The position numbers and the translations under genes are program-made. This document shows, piece by piece, positions 47,537-59,230 of a DNA stretch of 64,000 nt (its first letter is position 1; each line of letters opens with the position of its first letter). The stretch covers positions 35,673 to 99,672 of the forward strand of contig CAWJXJ010000010.1 in NCBI GenBank assembly GCA_963846795.1, given 5' to 3'. This DNA comes from an uncultured Acidobacteriaceae bacterium (GTDB lineage: Bacteria > Acidobacteriota > Terriglobia > Terriglobales > Acidobacteriaceae). Below the pieces are notes generated by a model, which was not told the DNA's origin, made no database searches, and saw only the letters and a program-made list of their open reading frames with translations.

Positions 47537-47860
47537 AGTGGCACCCTTGATGTAGTGCTGTAATTATCCTGCGAAACCACCGAGTCGAAAAGTAAAAGTT
47601 TTGCTTGCCCCGAACTTGGCTTATCGGCCTGCCAACGCTTCCGTATCGCTGCGTCTGGGGAACATAGATGCCGCAGGAGTACAAGTGGCGGTCTGAAGCT
47701 GGGTGTCAGGTGTCAGGTGGAGGCGGCTAGCCGCCAGCCGCCAGCTTCCCGCCTAGGACAGGTTGTGCCTACTTCGAATGCTCCCGGCTGCGCGACGCTC
47801 CCCATCACTTCGAAGCGTCAGCGCTTTCGACTCGCACATCGTGCAACCAGGGATTGGGTT

Positions 47861-47937
47861 TAGCTGGTGGCTGGTGGCTGGTAGCTGGTGGCTGGTAGCT
47901 GGTGGCTGGTAGCTGGTAGCTGGCCGCTGATGGCTCG
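47861..47937. repeat. Heptanucleotide tandem array (about 11 units TRGCTGG).
   Basis: TAGCTGG TGGCTGG TGGCTGG TAGCTGG TGGCTGG TAGCTGG TGGCTGG TAGCTGG TAGCTGG CCGCTGA TGGCTCG. Further 7-mers occur at 47702-47720 (GGTGTCA x2) and 47948-47967 (GATACCY). Confidence 0.9.
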
Positions 47938-48005
47938 ACATCTGAGACCTGATACCCGATACCTGACGCCCCTTCCCTTGACAACCGCCCTATCAACCTT
48001 TATGA

Positions 48006-48032
48006 TTAGCACTCGTTGGGAGTGAGTGCTAA
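48006..48032 (+). promoter_or_regulatory. CIRCE operator (HrcA binding site).
   Basis: TTAGCACTC-GTTGGGAGT-GAGTGCTAA, a perfect match to the consensus TTAGCACTC-N9-GAGTGCTAA, 148 nt upstream of groES. Confidence 0.95.
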
Positions 48033-48179
48033 CACTCTGGCCAGCCGGCCGTCCAACAAGGGACTGCCCTAAGTTTTCATGGGAATTACCGGTCAAGCGC
48101 AACTTCATATATAGCGCCCAAATCGGTGATTCCTCAGCCCAAATAAATAGACCTAAGAGCATTGAAAGGAGTATCACGA

Positions 48180-48503
48180 ATGGCTACCAAGCTGACTCCC
48201 CTGCACGATCGGATCGTAATTCGTCGTGTGGAAGAGGCTGAAACCACCCGTGGCGGCATCATCATTCCTGACTCGGCGAAAGACAAGCCGCAGGAAGGTG
48301 AAGTGATTTCTGTCGGCCGCGGCAAGACCAACGACAAAGGCGAAACCTTCCCCCTCGATGTTAAAGCGGGCGATCGCGTCCTGTTCGGCAAGTATGCCGG
48401 CACCGAAATCAAAATCGACGGCGAAGACTTCCTGATCATGCGCGAGGAAGAAGTGCTCGGCATCCTGGAAGGCGCCAGCAAGCCCGCAATGGCCCACAAG
48501 TAA
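48180..48503 (+). CDS. groES: Co-chaperonin GroES.
   Basis: [42 protein letters not shown]... RBS AAGGAG. Confidence 0.95.
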   Translation: MATKLTPLHDRIVIRRVEEAETTRGGIIIPDSAKDKPQEGEVISVGRGKTNDKGETFPLDVKAGDRVLFGKYAGTEIKIDGEDFLIMREEEVLGILEGASKPAMAHK

Positions 48504-48513
48504 TTTGTGAAAG

Positions 48514-48567
48514 GGCACGACTTTAGTCGTGCCGAAAAGGCCAAACAAAGTTCGGGGCTTTAGCCCC
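48514..48567 (+). other. Two GC hairpins with TTTA loops in the groES-groEL spacer.
   Basis: GGCACGAC-TTTA-GTCGTGCC (48514-48533) and GGGGC-TTTA-GCCCC (48554-48567). Confidence 0.6.
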
Positions 48568-48577
48568 TGAGAATTCA

Positions 48578-50285
<1,708 letters not shown>

Positions 50286-50289
50286 AGAC

Positions 50290-50314
50290 AGTGGCTAGTG
50301 ACTAGTGGCTAGTC
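50290..50314. repeat. Heptanucleotide tandem repeat.
   Basis: AGTGGCT AGTGACT AGTGGCT AGTC, starting 5 nt after the groEL stop. Confidence 0.8.
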
Positions 50315-50321
50315 AAAAGTT

Positions 50322-50350
50322 GGGCCTCGTGGAAACGCGGGGCCCTTTTT
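50322..50350 (+). terminator. Probable Rho-independent terminator of groESL.
   Basis: GGGCC...GGCCC imperfect stem followed by TTTTTCTT. Confidence 0.5.
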
Positions 50351-50360
50351 CTTGCGTTCA

Positions 50361-50390
50361 CCGACAACCGACAACTGGCCACCGACAACT
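50361..50390. repeat. Heptanucleotide tandem repeat (CCGACAA type).
   Basis: CCGACAA CCGACAA CTGGCCA CCGACAA CT. Confidence 0.8.
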
Positions 50391-50538
50391 CATATTGGGT
50401 GCCCCACTCCGGCTTCGTTTGCCGGGGTGAGGTTTTTTTCTTGCGCTGATTCTGAGTGCAGCCGTCGAGCCGAGTGGGTGTCCGGCTCCGGCTGTAAAAT
50501 TCTGTCGCGCTCAGCCTATGACCAGATGCTGGGCGTTC

Positions 50539-51549
50539 TCAAAAGCTGCCGGCCGACCCACCAGGCTCGTTGTTTCTCGGTGTCCGCCCCGGCGTCCCAG
50601 CCGAGCCTTGGGAAAGTTTCTCCAGATCAACCCAGTTCGATGAATTCACATCGCAATTGTTGTCCGCAGCCATGCACACCTGGAACATCGTCACCGGATG
50701 TAGTTCCCAAACAGTAGCGCGCCAACAGTTGCTGGTTGCTCCTGTCACGCCGCAGTCATCCTTCGTATCGTTGTGATCGTTGTCGACCATGAGTTGCCCA
50801 ACGACTTTGACCTTTCGGCCGCGCACCGACTTGACCACTTCAGAAGTCCAGTTCGGCTGAAAGGCGGCGCGATAGTGGGGCGTCATCTCGACCACAATAC
50901 TCTTTGCCTTGTCTGCCAGCTTGGCGCTGTTCGGACTGGTAAGAATTTCCGCTGCCCGGTTGGAATCGAAGCCAATGAAGATATGAAAATCCACGTCCGA
51001 TTCGGACTGGGTCAGCTTGCAGTTGCTGGTTTCACCGGTTCCGCCCGTCTCCGGAGTTATGGCATACAGATAACCGAGAGCTCCCTGCAACGATCCTTCG
51101 CCCAGATTTTTCAAAGGTTCGGCAAAGCTGTTGTGATTGCCCGTACCTAACTTAACCCCTTGCTTTTGTTCCAGGGCCTGTAATTGTTGCTCTTTCGCCT
51201 GAAACTGTTCGAGAGTGTTCCAGAAGCTGGCCGGCTGCGCTGCTCCCGAAAAATCGATCGTGTTCTTGACGTAATTCAGGTACGTATCGTAACTCTGACT
51301 CGAGTTGTTGCATCCCGAGCGGTACTTAGCATGGCACTCCGCAGAGTCCTGCACATCCTCGCATTGTTCCACCTGCAGATCGCCAGCCTTCACACCAGCG
51401 ACCGTGGCTGAGGGCGAACTGACGGCAGTAACCGTGGACGATGGTCCACCGGGGGATGCAGCCCCCACGGCCAATGCGAGCGCCAGCGGCGCAAATGGCG
51501 CAACACGCCGCGAAAACGTAGACGAAGAACGACTCTTAGTGGCTGCCAT
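50539..51549 (-). CDS. Secreted Cys-containing protein of unknown function.
   Basis: 336 aa. N-terminal FSRRVAPFAPLALALAVGA (possibly Tat-like). No family recognised. Confidence 0.6.
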   Translation of the reverse strand: MAATKSRSSSTFSRRVAPFAPLALALAVGAASPGGPSSTVTAVSSPSATVAGVKAGDLQVEQCEDVQDSAECHAKYRSGCNNSSQSYDTYLNYVKNTIDFSGAAQPASFWNTLEQFQAKEQQLQALEQKQGVKLGTGNHNSFAEPLKNLGEGSLQGALGYLYAITPETGGTGETSNCKLTQSESDVDFHIFIGFDSNRAAEILTSPNSAKLADKAKSIVVEMTPHYRAAFQPNWTSEVVKSVRGRKVKVVGQLMVDNDHNDTKDDCGVTGATSNCWRATVWELHPVTMFQVCMAADNNCDVNSSNWVDLEKLSQGSAGTPGRTPRNNEPGGSAGSF

Positions 51550-51569
51550 AGGTTCCTCGTTTCTCTAGC

Positions 51570-52127
51570 TCAGGCATTCGGCGGTGGAGTTACAACGGTG
51601 GTGTGAGTCACGGCGCCACCTGTTTCTGGCGGAGCTACTACCGTCGTATGGGTTACAACCCCTGCCGGAGGCGTAGACCCATCCCCACCGTCACCATCGC
51701 CGGCGCCATCGCTGCCCACCTGGATTCCCTTGCTAACCGCGTAAGTCGTCGCACTGATACCCAGCAAAGCCAGTACGCCAGTGGGTATCGCTTTAGGGAA
51801 GTCATGAACATCGACGACGATCAGGAGAAGACTGATCGCCACGACAAAAGTGAATATCAATAGTTGGAAACGGGACATACTAGCCCCGCCGCCCGGTGAG
51901 CCCTTCTCCTCGAGGAGCTGTGAGATATCGATTTTGCCACTGGCGATTGCCGCCAGGACCATGAAGCCAAACAGGAAAGTAATGACCAATGCGCCATACT
52001 CTATGGCGTAGACAACCTTCTCGTCAGGCTTGCCAGGAACCCAGATTGCGATGATGAACGCTACCACGATAGCTAGCGCCAGGCTTGCCCAAAATTCAAT
52101 GGTTGACGAATGGGCGTCGGTTTTCAT
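51570..52127 (-). CDS. Membrane protein of unknown function with a Gly/Asp- and Thr/Pro-rich tail.
   Basis: 185 aa, about 4 hydrophobic helices. The tail carries the duplicated GAVTHTTVV(A/T)PP. Confidence 0.55.
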   Translation of the reverse strand: MKTDAHSSTIEFWASLALAIVVAFIIAIWVPGKPDEKVVYAIEYGALVITFLFGFMVLAAIASGKIDISQLLEEKGSPGGGASMSRFQLLIFTFVVAISLLLIVVDVHDFPKAIPTGVLALLGISATTYAVSKGIQVGSDGAGDGDGGDGSTPPAGVVTHTTVVAPPETGGAVTHTTVVTPPPNA

Positions 52128-52507
52128 GGTGTTCTCCTATTGAGCAAAGCGATTAGATCCCGTGCTCGTCCCAGATACAAGGATTGCGCCTTCCCGCCCA
52201 GATAAACTGCGTGACTTCCGGCCAGCACTGCGAGCAAACCATCCGGCACATCAGGAAAATGGGTTGGATCCTGTATAACTTGCAGCAGATAGTATCCGGC
52301 GAAGCTTACGCTCATCATCAGCATTTGCGCACGGCCGGGGCTGAAGAAGACTGAAGGGCCCGCACCCCGCCGGACGCGCCTCGCATCTCCATAGAGCAGA
52401 TAATCAAGGCTGATGCCGCCCGTTATCAGCTTCCAGAGGACGACGCCAATGAACCCAAACAGCAGTATGACGCCTTCCCATATCGCTAGTTCGGCGGCGT
52501 TTGGCAT
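52124..52507 (-). CDS. Small membrane protein of unknown function.
   Basis: 127 aa. ATGA overlap with the downstream 185-aa gene. Confidence 0.5.
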   Translation of the reverse strand: MPNAAELAIWEGVILLFGFIGVVLWKLITGGISLDYLLYGDARRVRRGAGPSVFFSPGRAQMLMMSVSFAGYYLLQVIQDPTHFPDVPDGLLAVLAGSHAVYLGGKAQSLYLGRARDLIALLNRRTP

Positions 52508-52638
52508 GGCTTATCAGCCTATCTGCGGAGAAAATTGCGATTATCGTACACCCAGTGTCAAGTAGCAGCAATGATTGCTTTCGTCCGCCAAGCTATCGGA
52601 GTGGTCAGAAGCTTTCCTTGCCGATCGCTAGTAATTGT

Positions 52639-54054
52639 TTATCTCACCGGAGGCATATAAGCCATATAGCGCGCAAAAAGCCAGCACAGACAAAACACTA
52701 TAGGAATATGGATAAACATCTGTAAGACGGTGTAGCCCACCAAGTCTCGCGCCTTAAGCTTCAATATTCCAAGCAGCGGAAGCATCCAGAATGGATTGAT
52801 TAAATTCGGCAGCGCCTCTGCAGCATTATAGATTTGCACCACCCAACCTAGATGCACCTGATGAAGGTTTGCCGCCTGCAAAACATAAGGCGCTTCGATA
52901 ATCCACTTACTGCCGCCGGAAGGCACGAAGGTTCCCAGTATTGCCGAGTACAGCGCAACCAGCAGCGGATAGGTTCCGTGAGTAGTCACGCGCGCGAAGA
53001 GAGCGGCCAGCCAGGTTGAAATCCCAGTGCCGACGATCATCCCGAAGATCACCGCATAGAAGGGAAACTGGATGAGCACTCCGCCAGTTGCGGGCACTGC
53101 GTCTGCGACGGAGCGAACAAAGTTGCGTGGCTTCCAGTGCAACAATAACCCAACGGTGATGAAGATCAGGTTATAGGTATTCAGGTCGAGCGCAGCCAGC
53201 GCGCCTTGCGGCGAGCTGCGGAAGAAGTCGATGAGATACCAAACCATCAGTGCGCCGACGAAGATTGTCAGCAGCGGACTGTATTCCAGCCACTCGCCCG
53301 GCTTGGTGCGCTTTTCCGCGGCCAGGGGCCTGACGTCGTCTGTAATCCCAAACTGCTCCGCCGTTCGCGCGTTCTCCGGCGACGGCGCCGAGAGGTACGC
53401 GATCACCACCGAGACCACGACCAGCACCGCTGCCATGGTCATGCTTTGCCACAGAAACAATGTCTGACGCAGTGGGATAAGCCCGGACACAGCGAAGAGC
53501 GCTGGCGGAATCGAACTCTTCGTGGCCATCAGCATGGCGGCCGATGACGAAAGCCCGAGCGCCCACGTCGCTCCCAGTCCCAGGTAAGCTGCCGCTCCCG
53601 CTGCGCGGTAGTCCATGCCCTTCACACGGCGCGCCATCTCGCGTGCCAGCAGGCCGCTGAAGATCAGGCTCAGTCCCCACGAGATCAGCGACGTCAACAT
53701 CGAGAAGAGCGCTATCAGCGCGATCGCGCCACGCCCGGTTTTCGGCACGCGCGCCAGCGCCACGATGAGCCGGTTCACCAGCGGAGTGGTGGCAACCACG
53801 TAGCCGCCGATGATGATCATCACCATCTGCATGGTGAAGGGCACCAGCGTCCAGAAGTTCTTTACCCCCTGCACCGCGAGCTTTGAGGCGGATTCGTGCA
53901 GGCACAGGCCGATAAGAAACACGAGCACAATACCAAGCAGCGCGAAGACCAGCGGATCGGGGAACCAACGTTCGCTCCAATTAGCCAGGCCGAGCCCAAA
54001 ACGCGCCAGTCCGGATTCGGTATTTCTGTTGCCCACCTTCGATTGAGCCGCCAT
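52639..54054 (-). CDS. atoE: Short-chain fatty acid transporter (AtoE family).
   Basis: GLANWSERWFPDPLVFALLGIV... Polytopic, about 471 aa. Start taken at MAAQSKV. Confidence 0.8.
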   Translation of the reverse strand: MAAQSKVGNRNTESGLARFGLGLANWSERWFPDPLVFALLGIVLVFLIGLCLHESASKLAVQGVKNFWTLVPFTMQMVMIIIGGYVVATTPLVNRLIVALARVPKTGRGAIALIALFSMLTSLISWGLSLIFSGLLAREMARRVKGMDYRAAGAAAYLGLGATWALGLSSSAAMLMATKSSIPPALFAVSGLIPLRQTLFLWQSMTMAAVLVVVSVVIAYLSAPSPENARTAEQFGITDDVRPLAAEKRTKPGEWLEYSPLLTIFVGALMVWYLIDFFRSSPQGALAALDLNTYNLIFITVGLLLHWKPRNFVRSVADAVPATGGVLIQFPFYAVIFGMIVGTGISTWLAALFARVTTHGTYPLLVALYSAILGTFVPSGGSKWIIEAPYVLQAANLHQVHLGWVVQIYNAAEALPNLINPFWMLPLLGILKLKARDLVGYTVLQMFIHIPIVFCLCWLFARYMAYMPPVR

Positions 54055-54369
54055 GCCGATTCCCTTCTCCACTTGAAAAATTTCGTGGTGTGTTAAATGC
54101 CGCAAAGTCTAGCACAGACGGCAAGTGGGCGATTTCCTGATTGCATGAGCATCCGACACCAGGCAGACGCTCTGCTTCAGCGCGGCAAGGTCGCTGGCTT
54201 TGCTGAACCCAGCTCGCATTCTTTGACATGGCAAAAGTCCGGGTGGGGACTGCGGCCATACAACCGCGAGAGTGCTTTTGCCACTCCAATTGTTGAGGAG
54301 GAACTCTCGATCCGCGCCGCGACCACATGGTTGCCATATGCGGAGCGAGCAGCCACCTCAAGGAGAAGA

Positions 54370-54588
54370 ATGCGACCTCTAGCTCTCATCGGACTCGTCG
54401 TTTTGGTGCTCGGCATTCTGGCTTTCTTTGTGCCCTTCCCCAGCAGCAATACTCACGAAGCCAAAGTTGGAGACGCTTCGATCGGCATCACCACTCATCA
54501 CGATCAAAAGCTTTCACCGGCAGTCGGCGGCGTGCTTTGCGCTGTAGGCGCTGTCATGCTGATAGCCGGCTCTCGCAAGCCGGCATAG
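54370..54588 (+). CDS. Small two-helix membrane protein.
   Basis: MRPLALIGLVVLVLGILAFFVP...GGVLCAVGAVMLIAGSRK. RBS AGGAGAAG. Confidence 0.5.
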   Translation: MRPLALIGLVVLVLGILAFFVPFPSSNTHEAKVGDASIGITTHHDQKLSPAVGGVLCAVGAVMLIAGSRKPA

Positions 54589-54591
54589 CTC

Positions 54592-55029
54592 ATGCGCAAG
54601 GTGGCGAATGGCTCGTCCTCAAAACGGCAGGCGGTGAAGAAGCCTGCATCGGACTGGTTCGGCCAATTTTCATCGACGTGCTCTTCGTACCTGGGATCGC
54701 GATGGGCGTTCGCCGGAGCCGTCTCAGTCATCGTCGTCTGGGCGATGCTGGGTCCCATCTATCACTACTCCGACACCTGGCAACTCATCATCAACACCGG
54801 CACAACCATCGTCACCTTTCTCATGGTGTTCTTGATTCAAAACACACAGAACCGCGACGCCCGAGCCATCAATTTAAAGCTAAACGAACTGATACACGCC
54901 ATCAGCACCGCCCAGGACCAAATGATGGATATCGAGAACCTCTCCGACGACGAACTGGCTGTGCTCTCGCACCGCTACGAAAAGCTTCGCAAGGAATGCC
55001 TGCGCCGCCAGAAGGTGAAGTCGGCGTAA
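54592..55029 (+). CDS. Low-affinity iron permease family protein.
   Basis: WQLIINTGTTIVTFLMVFLIQNTQNRDARAINLKLNELI. Confidence 0.75.
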   Translation: MRKVANGSSSKRQAVKKPASDWFGQFSSTCSSYLGSRWAFAGAVSVIVVWAMLGPIYHYSDTWQLIINTGTTIVTFLMVFLIQNTQNRDARAINLKLNELIHAISTAQDQMMDIENLSDDELAVLSHRYEKLRKECLRRQKVKSA

Positions 55030-55041
55030 CCCTAACCCTGG

Positions 55042-55083
55042 CTATCAGCCGTCAGCCATCAGTTGTCAGCCGTCGGCTTTCAG
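55042..55083. repeat. Heptanucleotide tandem repeat (YRTCAGC type).
   Basis: TATCAGC CGTCAGC CATCAGT TGTCAGC CGTCGGC TTTCAGT, starting 13 nt after the stop at 55029. Confidence 0.8.
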
Positions 55084-55644
55084 TGGGACCACGACAATTG
55101 GTAACCTCCGACGGCATCTGCCGTGATTTGTTGAGGATTAGCGGCAATCAGAAATCCATCTGAGAGTTATCTCCCAGACATTGCATCGCAAGCCGACCTG
55201 CCGCATTGTTTGCCACACTTGGCACAATTGGATGCTTTCCCCGTAGGCCGCCAGATGGATGAAGGAGGTCGCGTATGAAACACCTGGTCGAAACCCAGCT
55301 TTCTCCAGCGCCGAAGCGAATTGGTCTCGGTTTATGCGACGGGGCAGGTGGATGGATTTTGCTCCGTGTTCTTGTCTCCCCTGCCGCATTTCAGTCCGTT
55401 CATCTCAGGCGTAAGCTTCGTCACGCCAGCGGGTCCTTACCAGTTGGCACATTCAACGCCCGATCTTAGTCCGCAGCCGTTAGAGGCTTTTGCTCCCGGG
55501 TCTAGAGCAGGGGCAAGTGAGTCCTTCGAGCTAGACGCTAAATTCGGGCCGGCATCGTACCTCGTCCCATGAGTAACGCTAAGCTAGCGCTCCTCATTGT
55601 GGGTAGTAGGCAGACAAACTACTACCCACACCTAGTCACGCCCG

Positions 55645-55968
55645 CTACTTTTGGTTCAGCGCGTCGATCTGATCCACCAGGGTCTCAATTTCCGAAGGCG
55701 TGAGTTTGCGGGTGTACTTCGGCATGAGGCCTTTGCCATTGTTAATAATATGATTCACATCGTTCTTGTTGGCCGCAGCAAGCTTTTCTGAAATGAGCGA
55801 TGATCCTAAGAAGTGCCGGCCCTTGGCATCCCGTCCGTGACATTTCGCGCATTGTTTCTGGTAAATCGGGTTGTCCGTCAGCTTTGCTTCCGGGCTTGAA
55901 TCCTGGGCAGTCGTCGCGATGGAAGCGGAGAAACAGAGGCAGGCTGCAATGAGTTGCGAAAGCTTCAA
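55645..55968 (-). CDS. Monoheme class I c-type cytochrome.
   Basis: CAKCHG motif. Signal peptide (M)KLSQLIAACLCFSASIATTAQ from a putative TTG start. Confidence 0.65.
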   Translation of the reverse strand: MKLSQLIAACLCFSASIATTAQDSSPEAKLTDNPIYQKQCAKCHGRDAKGRHFLGSSLISEKLAAANKNDVNHIINNGKGLMPKYTRKLTPSEIETLVDQIDALNQK

Positions 55969-56114
55969 GTTGACCTCGGACAACCTAAACCCAAACGGCC
56001 GGGCGTTGCCCAATATGATACCAGCGGGTACTCGTCGTTTGGCTGGCGATGAGAGCCGGGTCCTGCAGACGAAGCGTACACTGCTTTGCGTGTCGCCGGC
56101 TAAACCGGCTTCCA

Positions 56115-59100
56115 CTACAGCTTCACCCTTCGCAACCTCAACGCATTGGTAATTACCGACACGCTGCTGAAGCTCATAGCTGCGGCAGCGATGATGGGCG
56201 ACAAGAGCAGGCCGAACTTGGGATAGAGGATTCCGGCGGCGATGGGAACTCCGACCGAGTTGTAGACGAACGCGAAGAACAAATTCTGCTTGATGTTACG
56301 CATGACAGCGTGGCTCAGGTGACGGGCACGCACCAGCGCGCGCAGGTCTCCTTTGAGCAGCGTGATGCCGGCGCTCTCCATGGCAACGTCGGAGCCGGTC
56401 GCCATGGCGACGCCCACGTTGGCTTGCGCCAGCGCCGGAGCGTCGTTGATGCCGTCGCCCGCCATCGCCACCGTGCTCCCCTGCTGTTGCAGCCTCTTGA
56501 TGACGTCGGCTTTGTGATCGGGCAGCACACCGGCCTCGAAATCGCGGATGCCCAGCTTGCGCGCAACTGCTTGCGCGGTGGTCTGGTTGTCGCCGGTGAG
56601 CATGACGACGCGCAATCCCGCGCGCTGCAGATCGCGAACCGCTTCGGGCGCTTCGGGCTTGATGGGATCGGCAATGCCCAGCAGTCCTGAGGGTCGTCCG
56701 TCGATGACGGCGTAGACCACGGTCTGTCCATCGCGACGGAGTGCGTCGGCCTTTTCTCTTATGGAAGCGACGTCGAGACGCGACCGTTCGTCGTCCCAGG
56801 CTAGCCCAGAAGATGGGCGAACCTGGGGCACCTGGCGTTCCTCCAAGATCGCTGGCTCGATGATAGGGGTCCTTGGACTCCGTTCGGCTGCGCCTCATTG
56901 CGCTCAGGATGACGAGATTGATTTTTGTGCGTCTCGGCGGTTTGCTCCAGGAAAATTCCCAGTTCTTCCAATAGTCTGTCATTCCCCGCCGCGACTTCGT
57001 GTCCCCCAACCACACCGATGACGCCTTTGCCGGTGAGCGAACGGAAGCCATCGGGCGGAATCAGTCGCATGCCGTTGGCGAGCGCCGCGTCAACAATTGC
57101 CGCGCCCAGCGGATGCTCACTGCCACGCTCCAGGCTGGCCACCAGTTTGACGATGCTCTCTTCGGTCTCGCCGCTGAAGGCGACGACCTCTTGCAGTTCG
57201 GGCTTGCCCTGGGTGAGTGTGCCAGTTTTGTCGAGCACGATGGTCGTGACTTTGTCGAAGGTCTCAAGCGCTTCGGCGTTCTTGATGAGGATTCCGGCGC
57301 GCGCGGCGCGGCCAGTGCCGACCATAATCGCCATCGGCGTGGCGAGGCCAAGTGCGCAGGGACACGCGATGATGAGCACGGCTACGGCGTTCACGACAGC
57401 GTTAGCCAGTCGCGGCTCAGGCCCACGCAGCAACCACACAAAGAACGTGATGACGGAGATCGTCAGCACGGTGGGAACGAAGAATGCGGCGACACGATCG
57501 GCGAGGCGTTGAATGGGCGCGCGGCTGCGTTGCGCGGCACTCACCATCTGCACAATTTGCGCCAGCATGGTGTCGCTACCCACGCGTTCGGCGCGCATCA
57601 GCAGCCATCCCGTAGCGTTCACGGTTGCGCCGATCACTTTGTCGCCCATACGCTTCTCGACCGGCATGGGCTCGCCGGTAATCATCGATTCATCGACCGC
57701 GCTAAGGCCGTCGATCACGGTGCCGTCAGTCGGAATCTTTTCGCCGGGCCGCACCCGCAACTTGTCGCCGACCTTCACCTGATCGAGTGGGACGTCGTAT
57801 TCGCTGCCGTCGTCGCGCATGATGCGCGCCAGCTTGGGCGAGAGATCAAGCAGCGCGCGAATGGCTGAGCCGGTGCGACTGCGCGCTTTGAGTTCCAAGA
57901 CCTGGCCGAGCAGCACCAGCGCGATGATCGCGGCTGCGGCTTCGAAGTAGACCTCCGGCTGGCCGCCGTGCGTGCGCATGGTGTCGGGAAAAATCTGCGG
58001 CAGCAGCGTCGCCACCGCGCTATAGATGTACGCCACGCCGACGCCCAGCGCGATGAGCGTGAACATGTTCGGGCTGCGATGCTTCACCGAGGCCCATCCG
58101 CGCTGGAAGAACGGCCATCCTGCCCATAAGACAACGGGCGTCGCGAGCAGAAACTCGATCCACGTCGCTGCGCGCGGCGAGACAACGTGCATGAGCGGTC
58201 CCATGCGAAGCATTGCAAGAGCCACCAGCGGCACGCCGAGAATGATGCTCCACCAGAAGCGGCGCGTCATGTCGCGCAGCTCGGGATTCTCTTCCTCGGC
58301 TGCGGCCACCGTGCGCGGCTCCAGCGCCATGCCGCAGATGGGACAGAAGCCCGGCTGCGAGCGCACGATTTCGGGATGCATGGGGCAGGTCCACTCGGTG
58401 CGAGTGGCGGGCGCGAGTGGAGTCTCGGGTTCCAACGCCATGCCGCACTTGGGACAGGGTACGGGCTTGGTCTCGCGCACCTCCGGACACATGGGGCAGA
58501 CCCAGACGGTCCCCGCCGCTGACGGAGGAGCGGGAGGGGCAGCTGCTTTCGTGCCTGCCGGAGCGAGATACTTTTCGGGGCTCGCCCCTGAACTTCTCTG
58601 CACAGCCGCGGCAGCAGAAGTAGTAGGTCGTGCCTTTGTGGGCAAACGTTGCGGCCGCTTTCGCCGGATCGACATTCATGCCGCAGACCGGATCGCGCTG
58701 CGGCTTGGGAGCTGTCATCGGCTGCCCGAATCCGCCGATGCTCACCATCTGAGGCTTGTGCGACATGCCTCCGGGGCTGTAGCTCGGGGCCAGATATTTC
58801 TGCGGATCGGACTTGAATTTCTCGGCGCAGCCCTTGCAGCAGAAGTGATAGAGCTTGTGTTCGTACTCAACGCTCGCCGCGGCATTCGCGGGATCGACGT
58901 TCATGCCGCAGACTGGATCGCGATCGATCTTGCAGCTGGCGCCGATCTGGACGGTGGCTTCGCTGGACATGCCTCCGGGCTTGTATGAGGCCGATAAGTA
59001 TTTCCCGGGATCGGAGACGAATTTGTGCATGCATCCCGGCGAACAGAAGTAATAGGATTCGCCCTGGTGCTGCGCCCGCCCGCGCGCCTGCGCCGGATCG

Positions 59101-59174
59101 ACGCTCATACCGCAGACGGGGTCGTGGATTGCTGAGGGCGCGGGAACCTGCTGATTTGTTTCGGTGTCGCTCAT
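56115..59174 (-). pseudogene. copA: Copper-translocating P1B-type ATPase with an extended metal-binding N-terminus, disrupted twice.
   Basis: Fragments 58020..59174, 56801..58675 and 56115..56846 together give 3x YHS/TRASH (DPVCGM..YYFC..GC..KF), 2x CPM.PE...CP.CGMALE, CPC ([13 protein letters not shown]), DKTGTLT and [10 protein letters not shown]. The lesions are an extra G in the G4 run at 58577-58580 and a 128-bp insertion at 56788-56915. Confidence 0.8.
56788..56915 (-). mobile_element. 128-bp MITE-like insertion inside copA.
   Basis: Sense-strand ends are TCGTCATCCTGAGCG...CTGGGACGACGA (imperfect TIR). Deleting exactly these 128 nt restores one frame: ...THKNQS|[24 protein letters not shown]. 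Confidence 0.65.
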
Positions 59175-59230
59175 GCGCTCCTGATAAGCTGCTCTTTACC
59201 TCATTCTTACACCTTTATTCGGGGGTTGTG

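Noticed and set aside
47861-47937. Possible CRISPR array.
   Set aside because: The units are 7 nt with no spacers and no cas genes. This is a microsatellite-type tandem repeat, not CRISPR.
47753-48177. Minus-strand ORFs encoding PATSYQLPATSHQ-type repeats.
   Set aside because: They are translations of the 7-nt DNA repeat. Because 7 is not a multiple of 3, all frames rotate through the same peptides. There is no RBS or gene context.
55444-55460. Sigma-54-like TGGCAC-N-CGC motif (also TGGCAC at 55221 and 7792).
   Set aside because: The -12 element is poor or the spacing is off by one, and no plus-strand gene follows. These look like chance matches.
55275-55469. 64-aa ORF with a strong GAAGGAGG Shine-Dalgarno.
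   Set aside because: The protein composition is unconvincing, there is no family resemblance, and an equally long antisense ORF overlaps it. It is left unannotated, although a small protein cannot be excluded.
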